Positions 9,325 through 19,154 are shown, counted from the first letter of the stretch. The stretch: DNA of 42,935 nt from a virus (IMGVR_UViG_3300027690_000121:1-42935), one strand, 5' to 3'. Made by a program: numbers and translations. The notes: generated from the sequence alone by a model not told the origin.

Positions 9325-10242
9325 CGTGATCTGGATCTGCCACTCGTCGTCGCCGCTCGACTGCGCGAGGAGCCCCACGATCTCCAGCACGGAGAGCCCT
9401 TCCCGTTCGCCTTCCCGCACTTCCTGGTACTGGACCGCCGGGGCCGTGACCGCGATGGTGTTTCCCGCGGCGGAGCCCAGGGTGGCGGTGAAGGCCATCT
9501 GGGCGCCCGATCGCCAGTTCCCCAGGAAATCCTCGGTGGCGACCAGCACGTTCTCCGGGTCGAAGGAGAGCGTGGGGCGCCTGCCGGTGATCACCGCGCT
9601 CTTGTGGCCGCTCGACGAATTGGCGTCGCGGCGGAGCGTGATAGCGTTCCCAAGATCGATCTCCACCCTGGCGAGCACCGCACTGTAGGAGTCGATGGTA
9701 AGCGAGATGTCCTGGCAGACGGGCGGCGTGACCGAATTGAGCGAGGTGCCGCTTAAAAAACTCGCGTCCGCCTCGTCGAAGTCGGCCCCCTGAAAGTCGA
9801 AGCTGAAGATCCCGGGCTTTCCCACTTCCAGCACCAGCCGCGCACTTCCACGCGCTCCCCAGATCCGGTGGCGCTTGCCGTCCATGTAGCGACCGAGCGT
9901 CACGCTGGGGATGGAATCCGATGCGGGCACGTAGGTGGCCGAAGTGCCTCCCACCAGGGTCTCTCCCACGCCGCAGGCCTGGAACACGTCCGTGAAATGG
10001 ACGGCGTCGCCCGCGGAGGAGGTGCCCACCAGCTCCACGTCGAAGGTCATCCTCCCGGACCGCGCACCCGGAAGGCTCGCGTAGCGGGAAAGAGACGCCC
10101 TCACCGGGTAGCGCTCGTGCATGTCGATCCGTGGTTCGAATCGCGGATTGAAGGCGAGAAAAGCGTCCGCGGCCACCAGGGTCTCGGCGTCGCCCTCGGT
10201 CCCTTCCACCTCGGCGGCGAATTGCGCTCGTTGAATCAGCAT
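9322..10242 (-). CDS. Major tail tube protein (306 aa)
   Basis: Position between tail completion and chaperone genes; beta-rich sequence; GGAGG SD. Confidence 0.8.
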   Translation of the reverse strand: MLIQRAQFAAEVEGTEGDAETLVAADAFLAFNPRFEPRIDMHERYPVRASLSRYASLPGARSGRMTFDVELVGTSSAGDAVHFTDVFQACGVGETLVGGTSATYVPASDSIPSVTLGRYMDGKRHRIWGARGSARLVLEVGKPGIFSFDFQGADFDEADASFLSGTSLNSVTPPVCQDISLTIDSYSAVLARVEIDLGNAITLRRDANSSSGHKSAVITGRRPTLSFDPENVLVATEDFLGNWRSGAQMAFTATLGSAAGNTIAVTAPAVQYQEVREGEREGLSVLEIVGLLAQSSGDDEWQIQIT

Positions 10243-10260
10243 GATTTATCCTCCTTTGCT

Positions 10261-10357
10261 TTGGTTGAATGGTTGATTGGTTAATTAGTTAAATGGTAAA
10301 AACGGTGTTCTTCCGCCCGCACCAATTGACCAATCGACTAATCAACCAATTGACCAA
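10261..10357. repeat. Inverted arrays of 8-mer repeats (TTGGTTGA x5 ... ACCAATTG x5)
   Basis: ttggttga atggttga ttggttaa ttagttaa atggtaaa, ~20 nt spacer, then accaattg accaatcg actaatca accaattg accaat. Confidence 0.8.
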
Positions 10358-10807
10358 TCACGAATAGGTTTTCCTCTCGATCACGATAAGCTCCAGCTCC
10401 GCGTAGTGGCAGAGCACGTTTCCGAACATCCGGTTTTCCACGACCCTCACCTGCACCGGCCCGGAGTTGAGCACCGTGCCGTTCAAGCTGTACTCGGAAT
10501 CGAAGGCGTTCTGAATCGCCTCCACCATGTCCTGGAACGTGAGCTCGGTGGCCTCCTCGTCCCTCAGACCGTAAATCCCCCGGAGGCGAAAGAGATGGTG
10601 CCGGTGAAGCGTGGGCATGGTGTTCCGGTCCGAGGGGGTGCTGATCCGCGTGAACTGCCAGCCGTTCACCCGGCCGTCCGGATCCTTGAAAAGGTCCAGG
10701 AATTTCTTGAGATCCACGGCCAGGCGCTCGTATTCGTGGATCACGCCGATGCCGGCGACGCCGGAGAGGATGGTTCGAATCTGCTCTCTGATATCGGCCA
10801 GGCTCAT
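10358..10807 (-). CDS. Tail completion/terminator-like protein (149 aa)
   Basis: Size and position directly before the tail tube gene. Confidence 0.65.
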   Translation of the reverse strand: MSLADIREQIRTILSGVAGIGVIHEYERLAVDLKKFLDLFKDPDGRVNGWQFTRISTPSDRNTMPTLHRHHLFRLRGIYGLRDEEATELTFQDMVEAIQNAFDSEYSLNGTVLNSGPVQVRVVENRMFGNVLCHYAELELIVIERKTYS

Positions 10808-11304
10808 CGGTTCAGCCTCCTTGCCACGCGCGCCCCGATGGACTGGAGCATATTACCGGCCCACCGCTCGTTCGCTTTCCACGCCCGCTCGAACATCTTC
10901 TTCCCTTTGAAGCCTTTCCGGGCGATTTTCATTGCCACGGCGAAGGCCACGCTCCTGGAGCGGTCCTCGGAAATCCCCAGGATCCGCTTCACCCAGAGCT
11001 CGATGGGGTCCACCGGCGGCATGGCCTTGCCTGGTCTCCGGCCCATCTCCACCACCTCGCCGTATTCGAGCGGCGTGCCCCACACTCCCGTGAGTCTGCC
11101 GCCCATCTCCACCACCTCGCCGTGGATCGATCCCCGTAGCCCCGCGGCCCCGCCCACGCCCGCCGGCGTGAGCTCCACGGTCTCCGATTCCATGCGGGTG
11201 ACGATCAAATCCAGCACTCGCTCCGTCTCCTCGGAGGCCGCGCCCGGATAGCGTTTCGCCAGCCGCCTCACCTCCCCCAGATCATAGACCGCGTGGATCT
11301 TCAT
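10804..11304 (-). CDS. HK97 gp10-like neck / virion morphogenesis protein
   Basis: TPAG..GLRGSI...YGEVVEMGRRPG..PP..PIELWV...IARKG.KGKKMF motifs. Confidence 0.8.
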   Translation of the reverse strand: MKIHAVYDLGEVRRLAKRYPGAASEETERVLDLIVTRMESETVELTPAGVGGAAGLRGSIHGEVVEMGGRLTGVWGTPLEYGEVVEMGRRPGKAMPPVDPIELWVKRILGISEDRSRSVAFAVAMKIARKGFKGKKMFERAWKANERWAGNMLQSIGARVARRLNR

Positions 11305-11993
11305 CGGTACCGCCTCGGGTGGGTGAGCTTATCGCTCGCCCAGCTCGCCTGCATGTCCTGATCCTTCGTCACGCTCGCCGCCCTGGTCTTCCCCTCGTCC
11401 ACGCCCATATGGGTGTAGTAGATCCTGGCGTATGCCCGCGCCCTGCGGCTGTACTCGTCCGCCTTGCTCTTATGGTCCACGCTGTCCGCCTGGATCGTGG
11501 AGTCCCCGCTCTGGGCGTAATAGGTGGCGAGCATCTCGCAGAAGTAAGCCGCGGCCAGGGCCTGGACCGGCTCCGTGTCGAAATCCGAGACCGTGCAGGC
11601 CGAATCCGTGCAGGTGTGGAGCGCCGTGTAGGTGACCCGGAAGTCCTCGGTGGCATCAGGCGATGCCTCCTTGAACCGGAGCACCTTGCCCGAGGGCTTC
11701 TCGTAGATCATCCACTCGTCGTCCTGGAGGATGTCCGGCGTCTGGTCGTCGTCGTCCACCGGATACTCCACCGTGCGGATCACGGAGAAGTCCTCGGACC
11801 AGGAGGCGAAATCGGAGATGGCGTAGTCGAATTCGCCGTCCCCGTCGAAGTCCTCCACCACCACGCGCGGCCGGTGCCGCGAGTGGGTCTTCACGGCCAT
11901 CGCGATGGCGAGGATCTTGTCCGCTTCGTCGAGCGGAATCTCCCCCTGCACCAGTTGGTCGATTGCCGCGATGTAGTCGTCTCGTACGGTCAT
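11301..11993 (-). CDS. Putative head-tail adaptor protein (230 aa)
   Basis: First neck-block gene; no signal peptide; ATGA overlap with gp10-like gene. Confidence 0.6.
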   Translation of the reverse strand: MTVRDDYIAAIDQLVQGEIPLDEADKILAIAMAVKTHSRHRPRVVVEDFDGDGEFDYAISDFASWSEDFSVIRTVEYPVDDDDQTPDILQDDEWMIYEKPSGKVLRFKEASPDATEDFRVTYTALHTCTDSACTVSDFDTEPVQALAAAYFCEMLATYYAQSGDSTIQADSVDHKSKADEYSRRARAYARIYYTHMGVDEGKTRAASVTKDQDMQASWASDKLTHPRRYR

Positions 11994-12000
11994 AAAATCC

Positions 12001-14607
12001 TCATTGTAACGTCAGCGTGTGGCTTCCTCCGCCGATCGCGATGGTTTGACTGCCCGAGCCGATGGCGAAGGATTGGCCGGTAGCGGGGCTATACCGGTAC
12101 GCACCGATGTCCCACGCTCCGGACTCGGGCCTGGCGTTCCCCGCGTAATCGTTCACGTCGGTCAGCCACAATCCGGCGGTATAGAGATTGAGGCCCGCCC
12201 CCCGCAGGATGCTGGTCGAGGTTAGGTTGAAGTTACATATGGACGTGGCGATGGAACATCCCTGGGACTCGGAGACGAACCCCGGGTCGCCGCCGTTGAT
12301 GCCGTGGGCCTCATACCAGAAATACTGGTTGTAGCCTGCATCGTCGATCCCGTCCTCCTCTCCGTCCACGCTGAAGGCGGAGTAGGGGACGCTATCGAGG
12401 ATCTTGCCCACGTAGTTGTAGTCCGCCACGCAGTTTTGAAGCAGGTGCTTGTTCGCATAGATTTTGAAACCGTCTCCGTTCTGCACCTGCCCGCTGAACG
12501 CCTCAGATACGGTGAGCGTGCCCGTTGAAGCCGTATAGCCCGATATGGTGCGGCTTTCCGAACTGCACGCTCCTCCGCAGGACCCCTCGTCCATCGTGAG
12601 GGTGAGACCATTATAAAAATTATCTGATTCCACATCGACCAAATCGCTGCAAATCAACGTGGTCCCGTCCCCGGCCCCGCCTGTTGCATCCAGGTCGATC
12701 TGCGCAAAACCTGCCTGGTATTGTCCCCAGTTGTCGGCCAGGCTGCCCGTTATGGGATTGCCGTTTAAAAACACGTTGTTGTAGAGTTTCGTGCCGTCCG
12801 CGGCCTCCTTGGCCGGAGCATTCGTGCATGACTCGGCGGCCGGCGTCACATCGTAGCCCGGCGAGATAAAATTCGTGCCGGTTTGCCCGTACTCCATCGT
12901 GTTGTAGAAGGTGTTGTTGTAGAACTTGAAGTTCGGCATCTGGAGCGACCCGGCTCCGCCGGGCTCCAGGACGATGTTGTTTCGGAAGGTCCAGCCGCCC
13001 GCGTAGGGCGAGCTTTCCGCGCTCACCTGGAAGAAGGCGCCCTGCTCGGAACTGTCCGGGCCACGCAGATCCACCAGGTTATTCTCGATGATATGGTTCT
13101 CGTTGGCGATGCAGGTATAAGTGCCCACCGATCCGACCTTGCCGAATCCTTCGAAGCAGTCCACGTGACCGGCCCCGGACTTGTAGACGTTATTGTAGAA
13201 GGTGCAGTTCCGGACGATGTTGCTCCACCCCTGGAAGCGAACGAATGCTTCGCAGTAAAGGTCGTGGACGTAGCAGTCGTCAATGATATTGTTGGTGCCG
13301 TTCAGCATGATCGCTGGATAGTGATAAACGCCCGAGATGTCACAGCCCGTCACCGTGTTGTCGGAGGGATAGTCGCCGCCGTAAGGATGGGAGCTTACAG
13401 CATCGAAGGCCACACCCCAGGCGTAAATGGTGTTGTCGGCCTCCACCACGCAGTCCTCCACCGTGCTGTGAGATGCCGTGTTGCCGAACCGCACGAAGTA
13501 ATGCCCCGCGTCGTAGGTGGAGATCTTGGTGAACTTGATGTTCTTGACCGTGATGTAGTCGTGGTTGATCGTGATGCCTTTCACGCTCACGCTGCTTGAA
13601 TTCTCCCCGTCGATGGTGATCGGCGAGTAGCTATTCCCGTTCGCCGCCGTAGTCACGGCTTCGTCGTAGCTGCCGGGCGCGATGAGGATGTAGTCCCCGG
13701 CCTCGGCCGCGTTGACCGCCGCCTGAATGGTCGCATACTCCGCCGGGACGTTTAGGATGTTGCCGCCCGTTGGCATGTAGTTGTCGTAGATATAGAGGTT
13801 ATCCAGGCTGCCATTCAGGTAATCAGCGTTAGGCATCACGTAGGTGAGCGAGTAGGGGTCCTCATAGCCCGGATACTCGTTTTCCTCGTAGTAATCCAGC
13901 GTGGCGTAATACTGGTTGACGCAGTTCGCCGTCTCCGTGTCCCGCGGGTTGCCGTGGGTCATACAGCCGATGCCCAGGTAGTTGTCCATCTTGAGGTAAG
14001 GGATGCTCGATTTATCCACGCTCTCGACCAGGATGCCATCATAATAAGCCTTGGCGGTGGTGGCGTTCCAGGTGAAGTAGTAGTGGTGCCACTCGCTATA
14101 TACTGTGCTCTCCGCGAAACTCAGGAGTTCCGTCTCTATGTAGGTGCTTGGAGCCAGGTACGAGACCTTGGTGTTCTGGCCCCACTTCCCCATCGTCCAG
14201 GTGTAGGCCACCCCGTAGTGGTGGTTATCCACGATCTGCTGGTGGCTGTAATCCACTTCCGGCGCGTCGAAGATCCAGTTATCCGGCGCGTCGTAGTTGA
14301 CCCATACCGATATGGCCCCCTCGGTCCAGTCCTCGCCCGATAGAGGAACGTAGAAATAGTCGGAATAGTACATGCAGAGCGATCCCTCGAAGTGGGCCGC
14401 CTGGCTGGCGTCGGGACCCACCACGATCTTCGGGCACTGATCCGGGTCCAGGTGGCAGTCGCCGTCCACGTTGTTGCCCGAATCGTCCTCCAGGGTCCCG
14501 GAGGTGAAGTCGTCCTCGAAGTTGTACCAGACCCTCAGAGCGCCGAAGGAAGGCGCGGCCAGGATCATGAAACTCACGAGAACGATGATGGAAAAGACCC
14601 TTTTCAT
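12001..14607 (-). CDS. Exported 868-aa protein: LamG/ConA-like domain plus right-handed beta-helix
   Basis: Signal peptide MKRVFSIIVLVSFMILAAPSFGA; WHHYYFTW...YYDG...NGSLDNLYIYD (LamG); YATIQAAVNAAEAGD.I.IAPGSY and NNTF rungs; C-terminal GNARP..AWDIGAY. Confidence 0.8.
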   Translation of the reverse strand: MKRVFSIIVLVSFMILAAPSFGALRVWYNFEDDFTSGTLEDDSGNNVDGDCHLDPDQCPKIVVGPDASQAAHFEGSLCMYYSDYFYVPLSGEDWTEGAISVWVNYDAPDNWIFDAPEVDYSHQQIVDNHHYGVAYTWTMGKWGQNTKVSYLAPSTYIETELLSFAESTVYSEWHHYYFTWNATTAKAYYDGILVESVDKSSIPYLKMDNYLGIGCMTHGNPRDTETANCVNQYYATLDYYEENEYPGYEDPYSLTYVMPNADYLNGSLDNLYIYDNYMPTGGNILNVPAEYATIQAAVNAAEAGDYILIAPGSYDEAVTTAANGNSYSPITIDGENSSSVSVKGITINHDYITVKNIKFTKISTYDAGHYFVRFGNTASHSTVEDCVVEADNTIYAWGVAFDAVSSHPYGGDYPSDNTVTGCDISGVYHYPAIMLNGTNNIIDDCYVHDLYCEAFVRFQGWSNIVRNCTFYNNVYKSGAGHVDCFEGFGKVGSVGTYTCIANENHIIENNLVDLRGPDSSEQGAFFQVSAESSPYAGGWTFRNNIVLEPGGAGSLQMPNFKFYNNTFYNTMEYGQTGTNFISPGYDVTPAAESCTNAPAKEAADGTKLYNNVFLNGNPITGSLADNWGQYQAGFAQIDLDATGGAGDGTTLICSDLVDVESDNFYNGLTLTMDEGSCGGACSSESRTISGYTASTGTLTVSEAFSGQVQNGDGFKIYANKHLLQNCVADYNYVGKILDSVPYSAFSVDGEEDGIDDAGYNQYFWYEAHGINGGDPGFVSESQGCSIATSICNFNLTSTSILRGAGLNLYTAGLWLTDVNDYAGNARPESGAWDIGAYRYSPATGQSFAIGSGSQTIAIGGGSHTLTLQ

Positions 14608-15818
14608 TTGCTCGTCACCGGGATGAATTGAAGGGCGTCGATAAACACGCCGCCGATGTCGTTGGCCCCGTATTCCAGGAGCACCAGATACCGATAGTCC
14701 GCAGAGTAGGTGAACAGAAAGCTCCTGTGGATGTAGGTGGTATTGGCGACGGCGGACATCTCCACGTACATTGTCGGAGTCGTTACGTCGGCGGTGTCGT
14801 TAAAGAAGAGATAGGTGTTGTCCCCGTAGCCGTCCCCGTGCCGGATGTAATAATCGATCTGGTATTCCTGGGCGTTCTGGAGTCCCACGCTGCTCAAGTC
14901 GAGGTACGCATGCCCGTTGCTGTTGCCGTTCGCGTGAAAAAAAATGTGATACGTGCCGTCCGCAGGATCGGGGCAATCCGAATCCTGGCCGGCCCCGCAG
15001 ACGCTGTCTCCCGTGTCCACGCTGGCGACGGTCACGCCGGAGCTTCCGGTCCACCCGCCTGTAGAATCTCCCTCTGAGCTGGGATCGTCCGCTGCGTCGT
15101 CGTTATAGAGCGCCGTCCCGTAGCAGAGCGTGGCCTCGCAGACGCTGAAGTTGTCTATATAGACGTAGCCGGCGTCGTTTCGCTCCTGGCACACCACGTA
15201 ATCGAGATCGGCGTTCCCGTAGCCATCGGACACACGGGCATAGAACGTGTACGTTGTAAAGGTGTTCGGCGTGAGATTGTCGTAGGAAACCAGTCCGTAG
15301 GCGCTAGTCCACACGGAGCTGAGATTTAAACTGCACCCTATCGCGTTCGATCCGTCCGAGAGAACGTCTATCTTCACCCGCACGAGATCGCCGTGGTCCA
15401 CCCCGGATATCGCCCCGAACTGTCTGTAAACCCTGGCGTTATTCTCGTCGAAGTCTTCGAAGATGGCGTAAGTCCCTATGGACGGAGCACTGCACAAGGA
15501 GGCGCAATCCTCGCCGCATGCCTCTTCATCTTCGTAGATCGCGCTGAGGCAGAGCGGGACGCCGCTCGTCCAGCCGGTAAGGGTCTCGGCATCGGTGGCG
15601 TCCGGGTCCGTGGCGTGGCCTTCGTTGTTGAGCTCGTTGTAGCTCGGGGTGCATCCGCCCGTGGCTTTCACCGTCTGGCCGTCGCACTTGTCGATGTTCG
15701 AGCTGAACCCATCCACGTTGGAAGAGGTGGTGATGGCCGCCCCATCCCTGGTGTCCACGTCGGCGTAAGCCAGGCCGGCGAAGCAAAGAATCCCGACGAT
15801 CACGAATATTTTTTTCAT
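14604..15818 (-). CDS. Exported acidic Cys-containing protein with two related beta-sandwich-like halves (404 aa)
   Basis: Signal peptide MKKIFVIVGILCFAGLAYA; two similar units (TGWT...GTY.IF...YIDN / GGWT...GTY.IF...FIDA). Confidence 0.75.
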   Translation of the reverse strand: MKKIFVIVGILCFAGLAYADVDTRDGAAITTSSNVDGFSSNIDKCDGQTVKATGGCTPSYNELNNEGHATDPDATDAETLTGWTSGVPLCLSAIYEDEEACGEDCASLCSAPSIGTYAIFEDFDENNARVYRQFGAISGVDHGDLVRVKIDVLSDGSNAIGCSLNLSSVWTSAYGLVSYDNLTPNTFTTYTFYARVSDGYGNADLDYVVCQERNDAGYVYIDNFSVCEATLCYGTALYNDDAADDPSSEGDSTGGWTGSSGVTVASVDTGDSVCGAGQDSDCPDPADGTYHIFFHANGNSNGHAYLDLSSVGLQNAQEYQIDYYIRHGDGYGDNTYLFFNDTADVTTPTMYVEMSAVANTTYIHRSFLFTYSADYRYLVLLEYGANDIGGVFIDALQFIPVTSK

Positions 15819-16309
15819 TCCTCGAATGTCCCTTCGTTGCCCTGCGACAGGACGTCCTGCTTGAACTTGTTCCAGATCAGGGTCCTTAGCCCTTTGCCGA
15901 TCGCAGTTCCTACGTCCTGGGAGCGCACCTGGAATAAAAAAATGTCCGAAAAGCAGGTGTCCTGCATATCGTCACAGGTGCCCGTCCCTTCGCCCGTGCA
16001 GCATGGATAGGGATCGCCGGCCCCGACGCACTCGTCGTTCGAGCCCGGAACCTCGATGTCTCGACAGGTCCACTGCTTCCACGGCGTCCGACCCACGTAG
16101 GCCGCGCTGCTCCCGTCCGCGTTCGTCCAACGATAGTGGACGATCAGGAGCTTCTTGTTGGCGTCTATCCGGCTGACATACCATTCGAGATGCTGAGCCG
16201 TAGGATCGGAAATGATGGTCTCGCCGCTTTGCAGCGTGACCATGTCCGCCGTGGCGATACCGCAAAAACCCAGCCACAGGAGCGCAAAGAAAAGAATCGC
16301 TTTTTTCAT
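15815..16309 (-). CDS. Exported Cys-rich protein (164 aa)
   Basis: Signal peptide MKKAILFFALLWLGFCGIATA; CVGAGDPYPCCTGEGTGTC motif. Confidence 0.75.
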   Translation of the reverse strand: MKKAILFFALLWLGFCGIATADMVTLQSGETIISDPTAQHLEWYVSRIDANKKLLIVHYRWTNADGSSAAYVGRTPWKQWTCRDIEVPGSNDECVGAGDPYPCCTGEGTGTCDDMQDTCFSDIFLFQVRSQDVGTAIGKGLRTLIWNKFKQDVLSQGNEGTFEE

Positions 16310-18192
16310 TATTCCACCTCCAGATAATGTCCCGCGAAATTGAAGTAAACCTCGTCATCCGTTATGGCCCAGCCGACAAGCTGCACGCAGTCCCCCGAAT
16401 CGGACGGCGCGGTCTGGGTCAGCGTGGAGCCCGTCCCTCCCTCGCCGAGATAAATGGGGCCGCCGATGGTCGTCCAGTTCCAGCCGTCGTTTCGAACGAT
16501 CCCTTGCACCAGAACCGTGATGGGGTTGCCGTTTGTGCTCGCGGCTACCGCGATGCCGCGGGCCGGAAACTTTCCTCCCCCCGTGGCGGCGTCCGCCACC
16601 ATGAACTCGGTGTCGCTCGCGCTGAAATAGACGCAGTCCCACTGGGCGATGGCCTCCCCGCCGTTCTTGCCCACAATGGCGGTCCCGTTCCAGTCGTCGT
16701 CGGCCATGTTGTCGGCGGTGGCGTTGAGGTAGATTTTCGCCGTTGAAGTGGAGCCGGCAATGGCGACGCTGGGCGCCGCGCTCGTCCCGGCGTTGGTGAT
16801 CTTCACCATATCCACCTGGGCCGGAGTGCCTCCCACGTCGTCCGTCGCCTGCAAGGCGAAATAATCGTCCGCAGTATCCACTTCGTTCCGGATGGTTTTG
16901 GTATCGGTCACGGTGGTATCCACGGCCAGGAGGTTGACGTGACCGCTCGCGTCCACGTCCGCCGCTGCGACCCGCTGGTAGGAGGAGCCGTCGGACACGT
17001 CGTCGAGGCTCACTGTTACGCTAAATGTGATGGAACTCCCAGAAGCGGTGATATCCATGCCGAGGCCCGTTAGAGTCAATTCCGCGCCGCTCGACGCGGC
17101 GGTCACGGAAGTGTCGTCCGTATCGGCCCATATCTTGGTGAATGCGCTTCCTGCATCGGCTTTCGCCGTCAGGCGAGAGGTGACATGATCGTAGATCTGG
17201 TCTGCCGTGGAGAAATGAGTCGTGTCCCCGTCGCTCGGCGCGGCTGTATCAGCCATCGCCGGCGTGATCACCGTGCTCGTGAGCTGCCCCGCCTCGCCCC
17301 ATGCCGCCGGGCTGTATGTCATCGCCGTTGATGATATTGTAACGTTCTCAAGGGTTCCTTCAGCGAGAGCCTCCACATTCGGGTGCACTTGAATCGTCAC
17401 TACGGCCCCCGATGCTGTCGGCGTGATCGCCACCGACGATCCGGCGGTCATGGTGATGGTGGAGGATGAGCTGTTCGCCGTGCCGCTGTCGGTGACAACC
17501 GTGTAGTCGCCGGCTCCGCCGCCCGCCGGAGAGGTCCACCCGCCCTGGCCGTTGAGGTAATGATCGGCGTCGTTGTCGAGCTTGGGGCAAAGGCCGTGCG
17601 CGGAGGTTGAGACATTCGCCGTGCTGTTGTCGCTGAGATTGAGCTCCGTCTCCTCGACGGTGTTGCCGATGTCGCTGTAATCGGTCCCGGCCGTGGCCGT
17701 CACCGCCCCGCCCGATCCGTCCGCCTTGAGCATGACGCCGGAGGTGGTGTCAATCTTCGCCGCAACGCCCAGGTTCGTCCTGGCGCCCGCAGCATCGCTC
17801 GCCCCGGTGCCTCCGTCCGCGACCGCAATGTCGGTGCCCCCAGGCGCAGAATAGTCCGTGCCCTCGGTGGCCGTCACCGCCCCACCCGATCCATCCGCCT
17901 TGAGCATGACGCCGGAGGTGGTGTCGATCGGTGGCGCATAGTCCGTACCCTCGGTGGCCGTCACCGCCCCACCCGATCCGTCCGCTTTGAGCATGACGCC
18001 GGAGGTGGTGTCGATCTTCGCCGCAACGCCCAGGTTCGTCCTGGCGGCCGCGGCCGTGGTGGCGTTCGTGCCGCCCTTGTTCACGTCCATCGCGTTGTTG
18101 GAATCACCGTCGCAGTCGATGTCAGCCCCGTGGGCGAGGCCGGCCGCGGCGAGAACCAGGCAAAGGATGAAAATCCGGATCCATTTGCTCAT
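16309..18192 (-). CDS. Exported fibre-like protein with internal repeats and C-terminal capsid-cement (DUF2190-like) domain (627 aa)
   Basis: Signal peptide ending AHG-A; GGT.A..AA.ARTNLG phage fibre motifs; Ser/Thr rich; C-terminus resembles the 20323-20823 protein. Confidence 0.75.
   Translation of the reverse strand: MSKWIRIFILCLVLAAAGLAHGADIDCDGDSNNAMDVNKGGTNATTAAAARTNLGVAAKIDTTSGVMLKADGSGGAVTATEGTDYAPPIDTTSGVMLKADGSGGAVTATEGTDYSAPGGTDIAVADGGTGASDAAGARTNLGVAAKIDTTSGVMLKADGSGGAVTATAGTDYSDIGNTVEETELNLSDNSTANVSTSAHGLCPKLDNDADHYLNGQGGWTSPAGGGAGDYTVVTDSGTANSSSSTITMTAGSSVAITPTASGAVVTIQVHPNVEALAEGTLENVTISSTAMTYSPAAWGEAGQLTSTVITPAMADTAAPSDGDTTHFSTADQIYDHVTSRLTAKADAGSAFTKIWADTDDTSVTAASSGAELTLTGLGMDITASGSSITFSVTVSLDDVSDGSSYQRVAAADVDASGHVNLLAVDTTVTDTKTIRNEVDTADDYFALQATDDVGGTPAQVDMVKITNAGTSAAPSVAIAGSTSTAKIYLNATADNMADDDWNGTAIVGKNGGEAIAQWDCVYFSASDTEFMVADAATGGGKFPARGIAVAASTNGNPITVLVQGIVRNDGWNWTTIGGPIYLGEGGTGSTLTQTAPSDSGDCVQLVGWAITDDEVYFNFAGHYLEVE
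17678..18045 (-). repeat. Three intragenic ~80-100 bp repeats encoding IDTTSGVMLKADGSGGAVTAT(E/A)GTDY
   Basis: Near-identical DNA (gtggccgtcaccgccc...ttgagcatgacgccggaggtggtgtc) at about 17680, 17850 and 17940. Confidence 0.9.
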
Positions 18193-18203
18193 GGGATGCC
18201 TCC

Positions 18204-18389
18204 TTAAAACTTGAGCTTATCGGCGCCGAACGTGAGGTTGTCCGAACCGAAAAGCAGGTATGTCGTCTCCATATGTGTGCCCGGCGTGGCGTACGGTCTG
18301 GCCGAGGTTCGCCCGGGCCAGCGGGCGTGAACCGTGACCGCGGCCAGGATGAGTACGGAAAATGCAATGAGCAGCACGATTCTTTTCAT
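18204..18389 (-). CDS. Small exported protein (61 aa)
   Basis: Signal peptide MKRIVLLIAFSVLILAAVTVHA; GAGG SD. Confidence 0.7.
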   Translation of the reverse strand: MKRIVLLIAFSVLILAAVTVHARWPGRTSARPYATPGTHMETTYLLFGSDNLTFGADKLKF

Positions 18390-18397
18390 GGCCCGCC

Positions 18398-18745
18398 TCA
18401 GTAACTTTTGCTCTGCACGTCCATGAGCAGGTAGCCCGATCCGAGCGTCTGAAGCGTGATGCCGGTGACCGGGATGTCCAGATAGTATACGTGCGGGATC
18501 CCCGCTTCGCCGTCGGTGTCTTTAAAGATCAGGGCTCCGGCCGCATCGTTGAGGACGAAGCTGTGACCTCCCGTGGTGCAATCCATCCACACGATCATGC
18601 GCACCCGCACCTCCGAGGTGGTGATCGCGCCGGTGGTGTCGAGCACCCACACGTGGCCCGTGATGTCGTTGGCCGCCGGGGCCGGGGCCGCGGAAAGCCC
18701 CGTGAGCAAAGCCGCGAAAGCCAGTATAAGCGCAAGTTTTTTCAT
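18398..18745 (-). CDS. Small exported beta-rich protein (115 aa)
   Basis: Signal peptide MKKLALILAFAALLTGLSAAPAPA; GGAGG SD. Confidence 0.75.
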   Translation of the reverse strand: MKKLALILAFAALLTGLSAAPAPAANDITGHVWVLDTTGAITTSEVRVRMIVWMDCTTGGHSFVLNDAAGALIFKDTDGEAGIPHVYYLDIPVTGITLQTLGSGYLLMDVQSKSY

Positions 18746-18758
18746 TTCTCGCCTCCGT

Positions 18759-19154
18759 TCAATTTTTGAACACTCCGGTTGCCGAAAAGGTATAGCTCGT
18801 GCCGGCCACGTCGTAGTGGAGCCGCACGTATTTTCCGAAGTTGGTGACCGCCTGCCGATACTGCCCGGTCTCGGTGACGGCGGTCATGGTGGTGTGGGTG
18901 TACCAGGTGCTGTCCGCGTCGGAGGTCATCACCGTCACGGTGAGCGTGGAGGAGCCCGACTCCGCGGTCACATCCACCAGGACCTGGCCTTCGATGTACT
19001 TGGAGACCTCATAAGTGCTGCTGGTGCCGCTCCCCGCGGTCCTCGCCGCGCTTGAGAGCATGGAGACCACCCGGGTCTTCCGGTCCTCGGCGAAGCCGGG
19101 AATCACGGTCGCAAAAAAGAGCGCCAGGCTCGCCAGAACGGCCCAGGATCGCAA
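18759..19154 (-). CDS. Small exported jelly-roll-like protein; start uncertain (TTG 19154 or out-of-frame ATG 19195)
   Basis: h-region plus GFA cleavage-like site; VDVTAESG..TLTV.V.TSD...W...GKYVRLHY pattern seen in small phage head-associated proteins. Confidence 0.65.
   Translation of the reverse strand: MRSWAVLASLALFFATVIPGFAEDRKTRVVSMLSSAARTAGSGTSSTYEVSKYIEGQVLVDVTAESGSSTLTVTVMTSDADSTWYTHTTMTAVTETGQYRQAVTNFGKYVRLHYDVAGTSYTFSATGVFKN

Noticed and set aside
9322-11304. Contractile (Mu-type myovirus) tail
   Set aside because: No sheath or baseplate wedge (gpJ/gp47-like) genes; organisation is siphovirus-like
17678-18045. Repeats as CRISPR or DGR template
   Set aside because: In-frame coding repeats of a fibre protein, differing mostly at synonymous positions
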